A stretch of 64,000 nt of DNA from assembly GCA_030324005.1 (NCBI GenBank), contig JARDVH010000099.1, forward strand, positions 40,620,047 to 40,684,046, given 5' to 3'. This stretch comes from Negaprion brevirostris (lineage: Eukaryota). A program made the translations under genes and the position numbers. The notes under the pieces are model-generated. The model did not search any database and had not been told where the DNA came from. It was given only the letters and a program-made list of their open reading frames with translations. Of the stretch, positions 52,383 to 64,000 are shown in pieces (the first letter of the stretch is position 1; every line of letters starts with the position of its first letter).

Positions 52383-52948
52383 NNNNNNNNNNNNNNNNNN
52401 NNNNNNNNNNNNNNNNNNNNNNNNNNNNNNNNNNNNNNNNNNNNNNNNNNNNNNNNNNNNNNNNNNNGATGATTTAACTGAGAGATGTTCAGCACTTAAA
52501 TGAAGTTTGGTGTTTGTTTATATTTTGATCTTAAGACAAATGTTTTCTGTGGGTTGTCGCTGCAATCTCCATCCCCATCTATTTCCCCTTTGAACCAGAA
52601 TTTTTCATATGGAGGGAACTGGAAAGGAGCTTAAGGACAGGAGTGTGATTACTACTAAGCAACTGTATACAAAGAGGCTCATTTATTAATCTAGTATTAT
52701 CTTTTATGACAGGTCAGGAGAATAGCACTTTGATGCTTTGTGTTTTCAGTCCATAAATATGTAGATCTTCACATTGCCACTCTGTCTCTGTACTAGTATG
52801 CTGTTGCATGCAGAAGCTTTTTTTTTAAACTTTACATGATATAGTTCTTACATCTTTTAAAATACCGTATGCATTCTCTAATTTGGTGTAGAATGTATTT
52901 CTTTTCCCATTGATGAAAACTTTGACTCCAGTTAAATTGTGTGTGCAG

Positions 52949-53092
52949 GTATAATGAGCTATTGAAGCAAAAGGCTCAGCTGGAGGAATTGGAGACAGTT
53001 TTGAAAAAAGAACAGGAGAAAATACACCATGACGTTGAAGAACATGATTCTATGATGCATGAATACCAGAAACTTCGTAATGAAAATGAGAG
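52949..53092 (+). CDS. CCDC88A: Girdin internal coding exon F
   Basis: gtgtgcag|G acceptor and GAGAG|gttggt donor, 144 nt, phase 2-2. Translates (R)YNELLKQKAQLEELETVLKKEQEKIHHDVEEHDSMMHEYQKLRNENE(R). Confidence 0.95.
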
Positions 53093-53920
53093 GTTGGTGG
53101 AGTTACTGGAAATTTTGCATATTGGTGTCCTTTTCCAATTATAGCTCCACTCATTGATCTTTGCCTGTGATGTCCTATCGTCTGAGTTACTGGTACTGGC
53201 GAACGTGCANNNNNNNNNNNNNNNNNNNNNNNNNNNNNNNNNNNNNNNNNNNNNNNNNNNNNNNNNNNNNNNNNNNNNNNNNNNNNNNNNNNNNTAAGGA
53301 AGGGGTTCCATTCGTAGACACGCAGGGTAGAATAGGTGTAGGGGGATGGCGGCGCGGGCTCGTTGGGCCGAAGGGCCTGTTTCCCGTGCTGGGTTGTTCT
53401 TTGTTCTTTTTATAATACCACTTGGAGTTATTGTAATGCATAGGAAGAAGCTCGATAAAATGCATTGGGAGAAACGAATAGAAGAATGCACAAATAGGGT
53501 TAAATCAGGTAGAAAGGAAAGAGACCTGAGGAGCATAAACAGTAGCATAAATCATTTAGACCAAATAACCTGTTTCTCTGCTGTAAATTCTATATATTTC
53601 AGACTTTTTTAGTGTCACTCAGCACTGTTCCATTTTATCTGATCAGGGACAGTTAAGTCTGCCAAATGCAATTGTATCTATGTTCTAATATTTGTTTGGC
53701 TAATTAAACACAGACTACTTTCTAGCTGGCTGAATCACCTTTGGATTTTATCCAAATCTAAATGATTGTGCTTGTCAGTGGCAACTGAACCAAGGATTTT
53801 GAGTCGGAGTTTTAGTTTATATATTTTGTTTTGCAAGAGGAAGGCTATCCACGCTTCTTAATGCTGAGAGAATAGGAGCAAGGGATTTAAATGTTAGTGT
53901 GCACAAGTCATGAAAACCTA

Positions 53921-55980
53921 TCACAGAATCCTACAGTGCAGAAGAGGCCCTTCGGCCCATCGAGTTTGCACCGATGCATGAAAGGCCCTGATCTGCCCAT
54001 CTAATCCCACTTGCCAGTACTTGGCTCCTACCCTTGAATGTTATGGCATACCAAGTACTCATCCATGTATTTTTTAAAGGATGTGAGGCTTTCTGCCTCC
54101 ACCACCCTCCTCCAGATAGTCACCACTGTGTGGGCTAAAAAAAAGTTTTCCTCAAATCCCCCCTTAAACCTCCCACCCTTACTTTTAACTTGTGTCCTCT
54201 TGTGACTGACTATTCAACTAAGGAGAACAGCTGCTCCCTATCCACCTTGTCCATGTCCCTCATAACCTTGAACACCTCAAACAGGTTGCTTCTCAGTCTT
54301 TGCTCCTGAGAAAACAACCCAAGCCTATCCAACCTCTCTTTTATAACTTAAATGTTTCATCTCGGGCAACATCCTGGTGAATTTCCCCTGCACCCCTTCC
54401 GGTCTGTTCACGTCCTTCCTGTAATGTGGCGACCAGAGCTGCACACTGTACTCCAACTGTGGCTTCACCAAAGTTCTATACAATTCTGTCATGACCTCTC
54501 TGCTTTTGTTATCTATACCCCAATTGGGTAAGTGTGCCTTAAGCCTTTTTTACCACCGTTTTAACCTGCCTTCCTGCCTTCCAAGATCGATGGACAAATA
54601 GACCAAGGCGGCTTTGTTCTTCGGAACTTCCTAGTGTCAGATCTTTCGTAGTATACTTCCTCTTCAAATTGCTCCTTCCGAAGTGTATCACCTCACACTT
54701 TTCAGTGTTAAATTCCATCTGCCACTTAACCGCCCTTTTGACCATCTCATCTATATCTTCCTGTAACCCAAGACACACGTCACTGTTAACCACTTGGCCA
54801 ATCTTTGTGTCATCGGCAAACTTATTGATCCTACCCCCCACGTAGTCATTTATGTAATTTATCTAAATGACAAACAGTAGGGGACCCAGCACAGATCTCT
54901 GTGGTGCGCCACTGGTCACTGGCCTCCAGTCACTATAGCAACCATCTGTCATCACCCTCTGTCTCCTACTGCTAAGCCAATTATGAATCCACCTTAGCAA
55001 ATCACCCTGTATTCCATGTGCATTTGCCACCTTGCTGAGTCTCTTGCACTTTGTCAAATGCTTTGCTGAAATCCATGTAAACTACATCAACCGCACTATG
55101 CTCATCCACACACTTGGTTTCATGCAAAAAAAAAATTCAATCAAATTTGTTAGGCATGACTTCCTGCTGACAAAACCATGCTGACTACTTCTGATCAAAA
55201 CTTACCTCTCCAAATGGAAATAGATTCTCTCCTTCAGAATCTTCTCCAGTGGTTTCCCAACCACAGATGTGAGACTCACCGGTCTGTAGTTCCCTGGCTT
55301 GTTTCTACAAGCTTTCTTAAATAGTGGGAACACGTTAGTTGTTCTCCGGTCCTCTGGCACTTCCCCGTTGGCCAGGGAGGAATTAAAAATTTGGATCAGA
55401 GCCCCTGCAATTTCCTCCATTGCCTCCCACAACAGCCTGGGACACAATTCATCTGGACCTGGAGATTTGTTAGCTTTTAAGCCCGCCAATAACTTGTCAC
55501 TCGCTATGATAATTTACTCTAATTTTCCTCTCAGTCTTTCTCCCCGAGTTCTATAAGTACCAGTTCATTCTCATGGGTGAAGATAGATGTGAAATATTCA
55601 TTTAACACCCTACCAATGTCCTCTGCCTCCACTCTCAGATTTCCCCCTTGGTCCTTAATGGGTCCTACTCTTTTCCTGGTTATCGTCTTCCCATTGATAT
55701 CCTTATAAATTATCTTAGGATTTTCTGTACTTTTACCGGCCAGAGCTATCTTACGTCCTTTTTTGCTCTCCTAATTGATTTCTTAAGCTCCATCCTGCCC
55801 TTTCTGTACTCCACTAATACCTCTGCAGATTTACTCCACTTACCTTTGCTAAAAATGTCTCTTTTCCTTCTCATTGTATCCTGAATGTCTGTGATCATCC
55901 ACGGTTCTCTGGGTTTAATACACTTTCTTATTACCCTAGAGGGAACATGTTGAGCCCATGTCCTCCCCATTTCATCTTTG
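53921..55980 (-). mobile_element. Relatively young 5'-truncated CR1 (HER1-like) with TSD AACCTA, inserted in an older CR1 fragment
   Basis: RT motifs KSPGPDELCPRLL, PGNYRPVSLTSVVGK, GAPQRSVLGPLLF and KFADDTK. AACCTA at 53915-53920 and 55981-55986. The tail closely matches the HE1-like SINE tails. Confidence 0.9.
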
Positions 55981-56226
55981 AACCTAGTGCACAGATCCAA
56001 AAATGTAATCAAAAAGACAAATGGAATTTTGACTTTTGATCGCAAGAGGATTAGAATACAAAAGAGTGTAAGCGATGTTTCAGTAATAAAGAGCTTTGAT
56101 CATTGATCTGGATTTCTAAGTTCATTTAGGGCAGGGAAGATACATTATCTTTCGTTATATTCATGTTTAGACAATGTGGCAAAAGAATTTAAAAGCTAGA
56201 ATGTATAACTGGAAGAGTAGTACATA

Positions 56227-56522
56227 GGACAGTGGCACAGTGGAAAGCACTGCTGCCTCACAGCGCCAGAGACCCAGGTTCAGTTTTTGGCTTGGGTCAC
56301 TGTGTGGAGTCTGCATATTCTCCCTGTGTCTGCGTGGATTTTCTCTGGGTGCTCTAGTTTCTTCCTACACCCCGAAAGATGTGCTGGTTAGTGCATTGGC
56401 CATGCTAAATTCTCCCTCAGGGTTCTCACAAACAGGCGCCACAGTGTGGTGACTAGGGGATTTTCACAGTAACTTCATTGCGGTGCTAATGTAAACCTAC
56501 TTGTGACACTAATAAATAAACT
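56227..56522 (+). mobile_element. HE1-like SINE with alternative tail
   Basis: tRNA head (gcacagtggaaagcactgctgcctcacagcgccag), V-like domain, and tail gactaggggattttcacagtaacttcattg...cttgtgacactaataaataaa. Confidence 0.8.
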
Positions 56523-57593
56523 CAAAAAGCTTAAACTTTAAAAACATGGGTTAAACTTTTCACTGCCCCTGGTGGGTAGGCAGATATGCAAAGGCATAAA
56601 ATTGGGTGCAGTAATAGCCTGCCATTCCCAGCACCTACCCGTCCTGCTGCAATTTCATGCATAGCAGAGGAGCCATTGCTGGCCCACCTGTCAGAGGGCC
56701 AATTGAGGCCCTTGAATGACCAATTAATGGCCTCTTAAGGGTCTCTTCCTACATTGCTAAAATTTTTCCCATGATGGGCAGAGGCCAGGACCAAGTGTGA
56801 AGCCCAGCTTTTTTCACTGCTTGGGCTTGTGGTGAGCAAAAGTGGGCTACATTTGGCCCCCTGGGTCCGTTGAAGTCCTTTGCCCCACCTTACCTCAGTG
56901 TCTGGCTCCATCTTCACTGGGGATTGGATGCAGTATCAGCTGGGACTAGAGAGCTGTCAAATATTTGAGTGGCCAGCAGTTCTTGGAGGCAGGACTTTGT
57001 CCCCAGATGGGTCCGCTCATGTTTCAGTTGTTGCAGGGCACGCCACAGATAGAGAGAGAATGGAGTGGGAACCCTGGTACAGCATAAATTCCACTCCCTG
57101 TCTGCTGTATGTCTGTGCATGCTAAGGATATTTACAGGTAAGGGAAGGGATAATATACTATTAGGGAAAGTTATTAACTCATGGATTTGGGGTGGAAATT
57201 GAGGTGGAGATTGGAGGCCTTTAGGGAGAAAGTTCCAGCATGTAGGTCATTAAAATGAGGTGGTGGTGCAAGGTCGTGTTAGTCAGGACATCAAAAGAAG
57301 CTCGCTGATCCACTACTTCAGATGGTGTTATAGAATTTTACCATACACCTAAATCAGGTGAGCAGGAAAGACCTTACAACCTGTCGAAACTATTCCACCA
57401 TTCAATATAATCATAGCGGATCTTGAGCTTCAACTCCAGTTTCATCTGCTCCCCTTGCTTCCTTGAAGGACCAAATATCCATTTCTCTTGACCTTAAATA
57501 AATTCAGTGATGGCACATTCACAGCCCCTGGAATAGAGAATTCCAAAAATTCACGATCCTTTGACCGAAGGAATTTCTTGCATCACAATCATT

Positions 57594-57898
57594 GGGCGGC
57601 ACGGTAGCACAGTGGTTAGCACTGCTGCTTCACAGCTCCAGAGTCCTGGGCTGGATTCTCAGCTCGGGTCACTGTCTGTGTGGAGTTTGCATATTCTCCT
57701 CGTGTCTGNNNNNNNNNNNNNNNNNNNNNNNNNNNNNNNNNNNNNNNNNNNNNNNNNNNNNNNNNNNNNNNNNNNNNNNNNNNNNNNNNNNNNNNNNNNN
57801 NNNNNNNNNNNNNNNNNNNNGGTAGGGCCTGGGTGGGATTGTGTTCGGTGCAGACTTGATGAGCCGAAGGGCCTCTTTCTGCACTGTAGGATTCTGTG
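57594..57898 (+). mobile_element. HE1-like SINE with CR1 tail and TSD AATCAT
   Basis: Head gggcggcacggtagcacagtggttagcactgctg; AATCAT at 57587-57592 and 57899-57904. Confidence 0.85.
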
Positions 57899-58311
57899 AA
57901 TCATAAATATTTTCTTGAAACTGTGCCCCTTGATTCTCCAGACAGAGGAGACCAGTATCTACCCTGTCAAAATATTTTTGTTCAAAAAAACAATTTTTCA
58001 GACAATGTAACACTCCTTTATTGTTATACTGAAATGTTACGCTGCATCATGAACACAAACCCTGGGGAAAAATCTGAAACCACAACCTGCTGACTCAAGA
58101 CTTTACAGCTAAAATCACTTGTTAAACTGACCATCTGCATGAAGAGTTAGAAATAAGCTGTTAAAATGAAAATGAGGGTTCTTGGAGGAAATATCTTTGG
58201 GATAAAGGGTGCCTAATGATATTTGACTTTGTGTTATGTTCTACTTTTTGCCTTATAGTTTACAAAAAGTTAGCTTTACAAGAAATTAAGTATTTATTTC
58301 TCTGTTTGAAG

Positions 58312-58498
58312 ATTGAACCAAATATACAACCATTTGTTAAAGGAGAATGAAGGATTGCAGTTGGACCATAAAAATCTAAAAAGTTTACTGAATGGTGCCA
58401 AGCTAGAGCATACACGATTGGAAGCTGAGTTTGCAAACCTGAAGGAACGGTATCAACAGTTGGATATCACTTCCACTAAACTAAATAATCAATGTGAG
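58312..58498 (+). CDS. CCDC88A: Girdin internal coding exon G
   Basis: tttctctgtttgaag|A acceptor and GAG|gtgggt donor, 187 nt. Translates (R)LNQIYNHLLKENEGLQLDHKNLKSLLNGAKLEHTRLEAEFANLKERYQQLDITSTKLNNQCE. Confidence 0.96.
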
Positions 58499-59009
58499 GT
58501 GGGTGCAAATTCCTTAAGTTTTCATAATCAGATGGCAAGGATAGAGATTAAAAAACCAGCTTTGGTATACAAAACTTCCCATCCCTGTGAAAAATTATGG
58601 TTTAAATGGAACATACCAAAATTTATCTGTTAAAAAGTATTTCATTATTTAACACTTAAACCAAGACCAGATAAAAAAAAAAGACAAGGTGCAATTGTTT
58701 CAACATAAAGAATGTTAAGAAATTAAGGAAGAGATTTGAAAGTATTTTAGTGAGGTTTTCTCCATTAATGGCATTTTTTCAGCTACTCTAAAGAAGACAG
58801 GAGAAGACACACTATTGTGGGGAAGAGTTTCAGGAGTGCACCAAAAACTAGTTTTTAGTATTTTGCAGGTCCGTATGTTTTCTCCAGTGAGGCTGTTTTG
58901 TAACCTCTTAAGAGTCGTAGAGTGATTGCAGCTCAGAAGTTCCAATTTCTTTTTGAAATTCACGGAATCTTGGTAATTAATGAGTTTACATTATTATCAC
59001 TCACTGTCG

Positions 59010-59665
59010 AAATGTTCTTCCCACTCAGCTGATGGTACCAATAATAAGGGACATAGGTTTAAGATTTTGGGCAAAAGATGCAGGGTGAATGTGAAGAAGC
59101 TTTCTTTATACAGTAAGTGGTAAGGATCTGAACCTCATTACTCACAAGGGTGGTAGAAGGGGGAAACAGTGATTTCAAAAGGAAATTGAATGAACGTTTG
59201 AAGGAAATAAATGTGCAGGACTACAGGGATTGAGCAGAGGAGTAGGACTGAGTGGATTGCTCCAAGGGCAGCTAGCACTGACTCAGTGTGCCACATGGTC
59301 TCTCTCTGTGTCCTAAAGAACACTGAGCTCTCTCCTCTCTCTCTCTCGCTTTCTTCTTCTGCTTCNNNNNNNNNNNNNNNNNNNNNNNNNNNNNNNNNNN
59401 NNNNNNNNNNNNNNNNNNNNNNNNNNNNNNNNNNNNNNNNNNNNNNNNNNNNNNNNNNNNNNNNNCCCCGCCTTTGTGGTCTTTGTCGTCATATGATAAC
59501 TGCTTTTCTTTGTCGATCTTATCTAACCTGTCATAATCTGATGCACCTCTATCAAATCGCTTGCCAATCTCCTTTGCTCCAGTGAGAAAAATCGCAGCTT
59601 CTGCAACCTTGTAGTTAAAATCCATTATCCCTGGAACCATTCTGTTAAATTTCCTCTGCACCGAC
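59010..59665. mobile_element. Two CR1 3' fragments in opposite orientation around a gap
   Basis: Plus-strand agggacataggtttaagatt...; minus-strand QRKFNRMVPG. Confidence 0.6.
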
Positions 59666-60649
59666 TGTAGCTTGCCTCAGTGTGGTGACTATGTCTGGAA
59701 TATTTCCCTTCTGCAGGGGAAATGGAAAATGATTTTTGCTGGTGGGGGGTGGGATTGTTTATCACATGCAGTCTTGTACTGTTCAGCTCTTTGTATATTT
59801 GCATATGTATGTGCAAAGTGCTCGCCAATTCTCACAGCTAAGGCAGGCAGGAAGTCTCTGTCATTACTTCATCGGGTTGAAAGTCCAAGCGCCTTATTTA
59901 TAAGGCACCCGGACAGCCTGCAATATCCTTTCTGCCTTTACCAGGCCACTGTTCCATCCTTTCCTGCTAACTCTTCCTCCTTTCCTTGGTTATCTCCACA
60001 CAGCTTGGACTGCCACCAACCAGTCTCCAGCATAGGCTGGCATTCATAGATGCTCCCCAAAGTGGACAATGTAGCTGCAACTCGCTGCAAATCTTGAAAC
60101 AAATGTACCTCACTAGTTGTTCTAATTAATCACTAGTGGGGAATTTAATTCAAGCCAGGTGACTTTTTAATGAGCATGCATGATTTGCCAACGCGTGCAA
60201 AAGGCTTCTGGAAATCAATCGCCAGGAATCTCAAACCACCATTGGGAAACTAGCTTTTGGCTTCATGTGAAACTAATCTTCCTGCTGTTCTACCCATGAC
60301 TGGATGTAGTAGATGAGGCCACAGCTAATGACAGAGTTAGAAAATGTGTGTAGCAACAGAGGGAGCTGAGTATTCATGTTCATTGATCATTGAAGGTGGC
60401 AGAATATATTGACAAAGTACTTAGCAAAGCATTCAATCTTGGGCTTCATAAAAGTACAGATACAATAAAATTATGCTGAGCCTGAATAAAACTGTGCTAT
60501 TTAGTCTGTATTGCTCTCCCTATCCCTTCTGCTGAAGTGCATCACTTCCCAGTTCACTTATGTAGCATGATGGAATGAAAGTAACCTAAACTGTACTAAA
60601 TCTTGGATGAAATTTGATACCCAAAAATATGGAAAAGCAGGAGACATAA

Positions 60650-61965
60650 TGAAGGGACGAACTTGAAGCGATCACAATCACTAGAGAAAAAAGTACTATG
60701 AAAAATAAAGGGACTAAAAGCTGACAAGTCCCCTACACTTGATGGCCTGTATCCAAGTGGCATTGATTGTAGTCTTCCAAAATTCCCTGGATTTTGGAAC
60801 TGTTACAGCAGAATGGAAAATGGCAAATGTAACATCACTGAAGGTGGGAAGCAGAACATGTAGACAAGGGAAAATGCTTGGATCCATTATTAAAAAGGTA
60901 GTGGCAAAACATTTCAAAAATCACAATACAATTGGGCAGAGTCAACATGGTTTTGTGAAAGGAAAATCATGTTTGACAAATTTATTACAAATCTTTGAGG
61001 ATGTAGCAGGCAGAATGGATAAAGGCCAAACAATAGGTGTGGTGCATTGGTATTTTGAAAATGAATTTGGAATGCTGCCATTTAAAAGGTTACTACTGGA
61101 GGATTGGTTATCAAACGAAACAGAGTTGGAATAAATGGATTATTTTTAGGTTGGCAAATTGTAACTAATGGAGTGCCATGAGATTGGTGTTGGGGTTTCC
61201 AACTATTTATGATCTACATTGATGACTTGGATGTCGCAGCCAACTTCATTGTCGCCACATTCACGGACGGCACAAAGATAAGTGGGTATGCAATTGTGAG
61301 AAGGATACATAGACTGCAAAGGGATATAAATGGGTTAAGTGAGTGGGCAAACATGGCAGATGATTCTAATGTGGGAAGATATGAGGTTGTCCACACTGGC
61401 AAGAAGAATAGAAAAGACACAATATTATTTAAATTGAGAGAGACTACTGGGATCTGGGTGTCCTTATATGTGAATCACAAAAAAGTAAGGAAGTTTTGGT
61501 GAGACTGTGCCAAGAGTACGGATACAGTTCTGATTTCCTTACTTGAGGGATATTTTTGCTTTGGAAGCAGCTCAGAGAAGGTTTATGAAATTGATTCCTG
61601 GAATGAAGGGGTGAACTTATGAGGAAAGATTGAACAATTTCAGCCTGTACCCATTGGAGTTCACAAGAATGAGAGGTGGTCTTATAGTTACTGATCCTAA
61701 AGATCTTGAAGGGCCTGACAGGGTGGATACTGAGAGGATATTTCCTCTTATGGGAGTATCTCGAACTAGAAGACAGTTTAAAAATTAAGATATCTCCCAT
61801 TTAAGATGGAAATGAGGAGCAATTTTTTTCTGAGGGTTGTTAGTCTGTGGAATTCTCTCGCCCAGAAGCAGTGGAGATTGGATCCTTGAATATATTCCAG
61901 GTTGAGCTAGATGGATTTTTGACAGGCAAGAGTCAAAGGTTATGAGACCCAACAGGTATGTGGAC
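60650..61965 (+). mobile_element. CR1 RT region
   Basis: IVVFQNSLDFGTVTAEWKMANVT, SQHGFVKGKSCLTNLL, IYIDDLD and TFTDGTK. Confidence 0.85.
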
Positions 61966-62549
61966 TTGAGCTCAGCTTTGACAAAGAGTCATGTGGGCTG
62001 GAAACATTAGCTCTCTTCACTCTTACAGATTCTGGCAGATCTGCTGAGATTTTTCAGCATTTTTTTCTTTTGGTTTCAGATTCCAGCATCCACAGTGCTT
62101 TGTTTTTATTAAGGAGGTTGAGGGATCAAGCTTGGGTAGATGTAGCAACTCAAGAGGTAGAGTACAGCAAAATAGTAATATGGGAAATGGCAGGAAACGT
62201 CAGAGACAAAAAAAACCTAAGAATACACCAGTAGTCAAGACTAGATGTTAAAAAGATCACAAACAAAACTATAGGCTCTGTATCTGAATGGGTGTAGCAT
62301 TCATAACAGTAAATTAAGTAGTGCACATTAAGGTAAATTGGTATGAACTGATAGACATTATGTAGAGATGGCAGCAGGATGGCAAGGATTAGGCCTTGAA
62401 TATTGAAGCATATATAAAATTCAAGAAGAACAGGAAGCTGGACAAAGGTGGGTGGGTGGGAGAGGGGAGCATGAAGTAGCACTGTTGATCAAGAATAGCA
62501 CTGGTGCAATAGTTAATGATGAACTTGGTTCTGGAGATCGGGATGCGGA

Positions 62550-63160
62550 ATCCATTTGGTGAAATCCTGCACTGGTTGAAGTCAAAGTTGGCACAATGGA
62601 AGATGGTTGTGGTCATTGGAGGTCAATCATCTCAGTTCCAGGACATTATTTCAGGAGTTCCTCAGGGTTATGTCCTAGGTCCAAACATCTTCAGCTGCTT
62701 CATCAATGACCTTTCATCATAAGGTCATAAGAGGGGATGTTCACTGTTCAGCACTATTCATGACTCCTCAGATATTGAAGCAGTCCATGTCCAAATGCAA
62801 CAATAGCTAGGATATTGAACAATATCTAGGCTTGGACTGTCAAGTGATGAGTAAAATTTGCACCAGGCATTGACCATCTCCAACAAGAGAGAAGCTAACC
62901 ACCACCCCTTAACATTCAATGGCATTACCATCACTGAAACTCCCACTATTAACAAACTGTTCACCAGTGGCCAGAAGCTGAATTGACTTGCCAAAGAAAT
63001 ACTGTGGCTACAAGAGCAGATCAGAGGCTCAAAATCTTGTGGTGAGTGACTCACCACCTGACTTCCCAAAGCCTATCCACAATCTACAAGGTACAAGTCA
63101 GGAGTGGTTTGCTTAGATACGTGCAGCCCCAACAACATCCAAGAACATTGACACCATCCG
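62550..63160 (+). mobile_element. CR1/L2-group LINE fragment (family of 28080-29375)
   Basis: GVPQGYVLGPNIFSCFINDL; collinear with 28330-28950. Confidence 0.75.
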
Positions 63161-64000
63161 GGAGAAGACACCCATCATCAGAGCTTACGGCCCAAGGTGA
63201 CCCACAATTTTCCTCACGTGTTTGGGCGACCTATGTAGTATTTGATAGTTGGAGGAATTAAACAAAGTTCCAGGATTTAAGCCCCCTGCTGTGTTACTGG
63301 CTGGGCTTTGTTCTCACTTGCTGTGTGTGAGCCCTGTAGCTCCTGTTCAACCTCCCCCAACAAGGTACTTGGGCACTGCTGCCTGGACCCTACTTGTTTA
63401 ATTTGCCAGTAGAAAGTTGCATTTTTTTATATTTGCTTGCCCTTGTGCTTACCAGCACCCTTGACCCAGAAATGTGGAAGAAGGAAGAGAAACAAAATAT
63501 TTGGTTAATGGAGGTAGATGAGAATATGGATTTTGAAACACTAATAGATCAGCTATGATCTTGATGAATGGCAGAGCAGGCTCAAGGGGCTGAATGGCCT
63601 ACTCCTAATTTATATGCTTGTATCACCACCTTCTAAAGAGCAGATAGGGATGAGCAACAAATTCGCTTTGCTAACTCCACTCACATCCCATGAAAGTGTT
63701 TGAAACGGAGTTTAGGTATCTGGAAGTTGCTATAAGTGATATCTCTTATCGAAAGATTTGCTTTTGCAGTCCTCACTGAATGAAATAGTTTCAGTGGTTA
63801 CTTACTCGCTACTTCTGCCCTAAAGTCAGCAGAACAAGTTAGGGATGGTGCATTCAGGACCAAGTGAATTTTTAATTGCATGGCAAGTAACAGCTACTAC
63901 AGCCCTACATTTAATTCATTTTTTTAAATGTTGAGACTCTCATCCCTCACCAGATTAGTGTTAATGCTGAAGACCTAAAAGATCTTTTCCTGTCTGCTTT

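Noticed and set aside
57594-57670. tRNA gene (A and B boxes); also 47907-47985 and 56227-56300
   Set aside because: These are SINE heads that continue into SINE body and LINE-like tail; there is no full cloverleaf or Pol III terminator.
2481-58498. Paralog CCDC88C (Daple) or CCDC88B
   Set aside because: Peptides such as KIGLNKERLLHDEQSTDD, RELLKVKDRLIEVERN and YQQLDITSTKLNNQCE match Girdin as I recall it. A reciprocal BLAST would confirm.

Overview
Eukaryotic, intron-rich vertebrate DNA. The repeat families (HE1-like V-SINEs, Deu-type SINEs, abundant CR1, Rex1/Babar, Penelope) point to a cartilaginous fish (shark); this is inference. The window lies inside one + strand gene. Seven internal coding exons (2481-2616, 5359-5500, 19528-19704, 35181-35342, 42505-42782, 52949-53092, 58312-58498) splice in frame with GT-AG boundaries into the long coiled-coil region of CCDC88A (Girdin/GIV). 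The start and stop codons lie outside the window. The introns are mostly decayed retroelements: CR1, L2, Rex1, SINEs, three Gypsy-type LTR remnants and Penelope-like elements. There are many N gaps. Nearly all ORFs in the supplied track are spurious or transposon fragments. The points most worth a second look are: a CAGCAG tandem acceptor; a hammerhead-ribozyme motif with an intact core in an inverted Penelope element; a ~3.6-kb CpG-retaining block with a CTCF motif sitting inside that Penelope; a gag-protease LTR element with no recognisable RT/integrase that carries a nested solo LTR with a TSD; and one SINE head joined to two different LINE-like tails. I see no convincing evidence of a wholly new biological system. 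Repeat boundaries were placed by eye and are approximate unless a TSD or splice site is cited.
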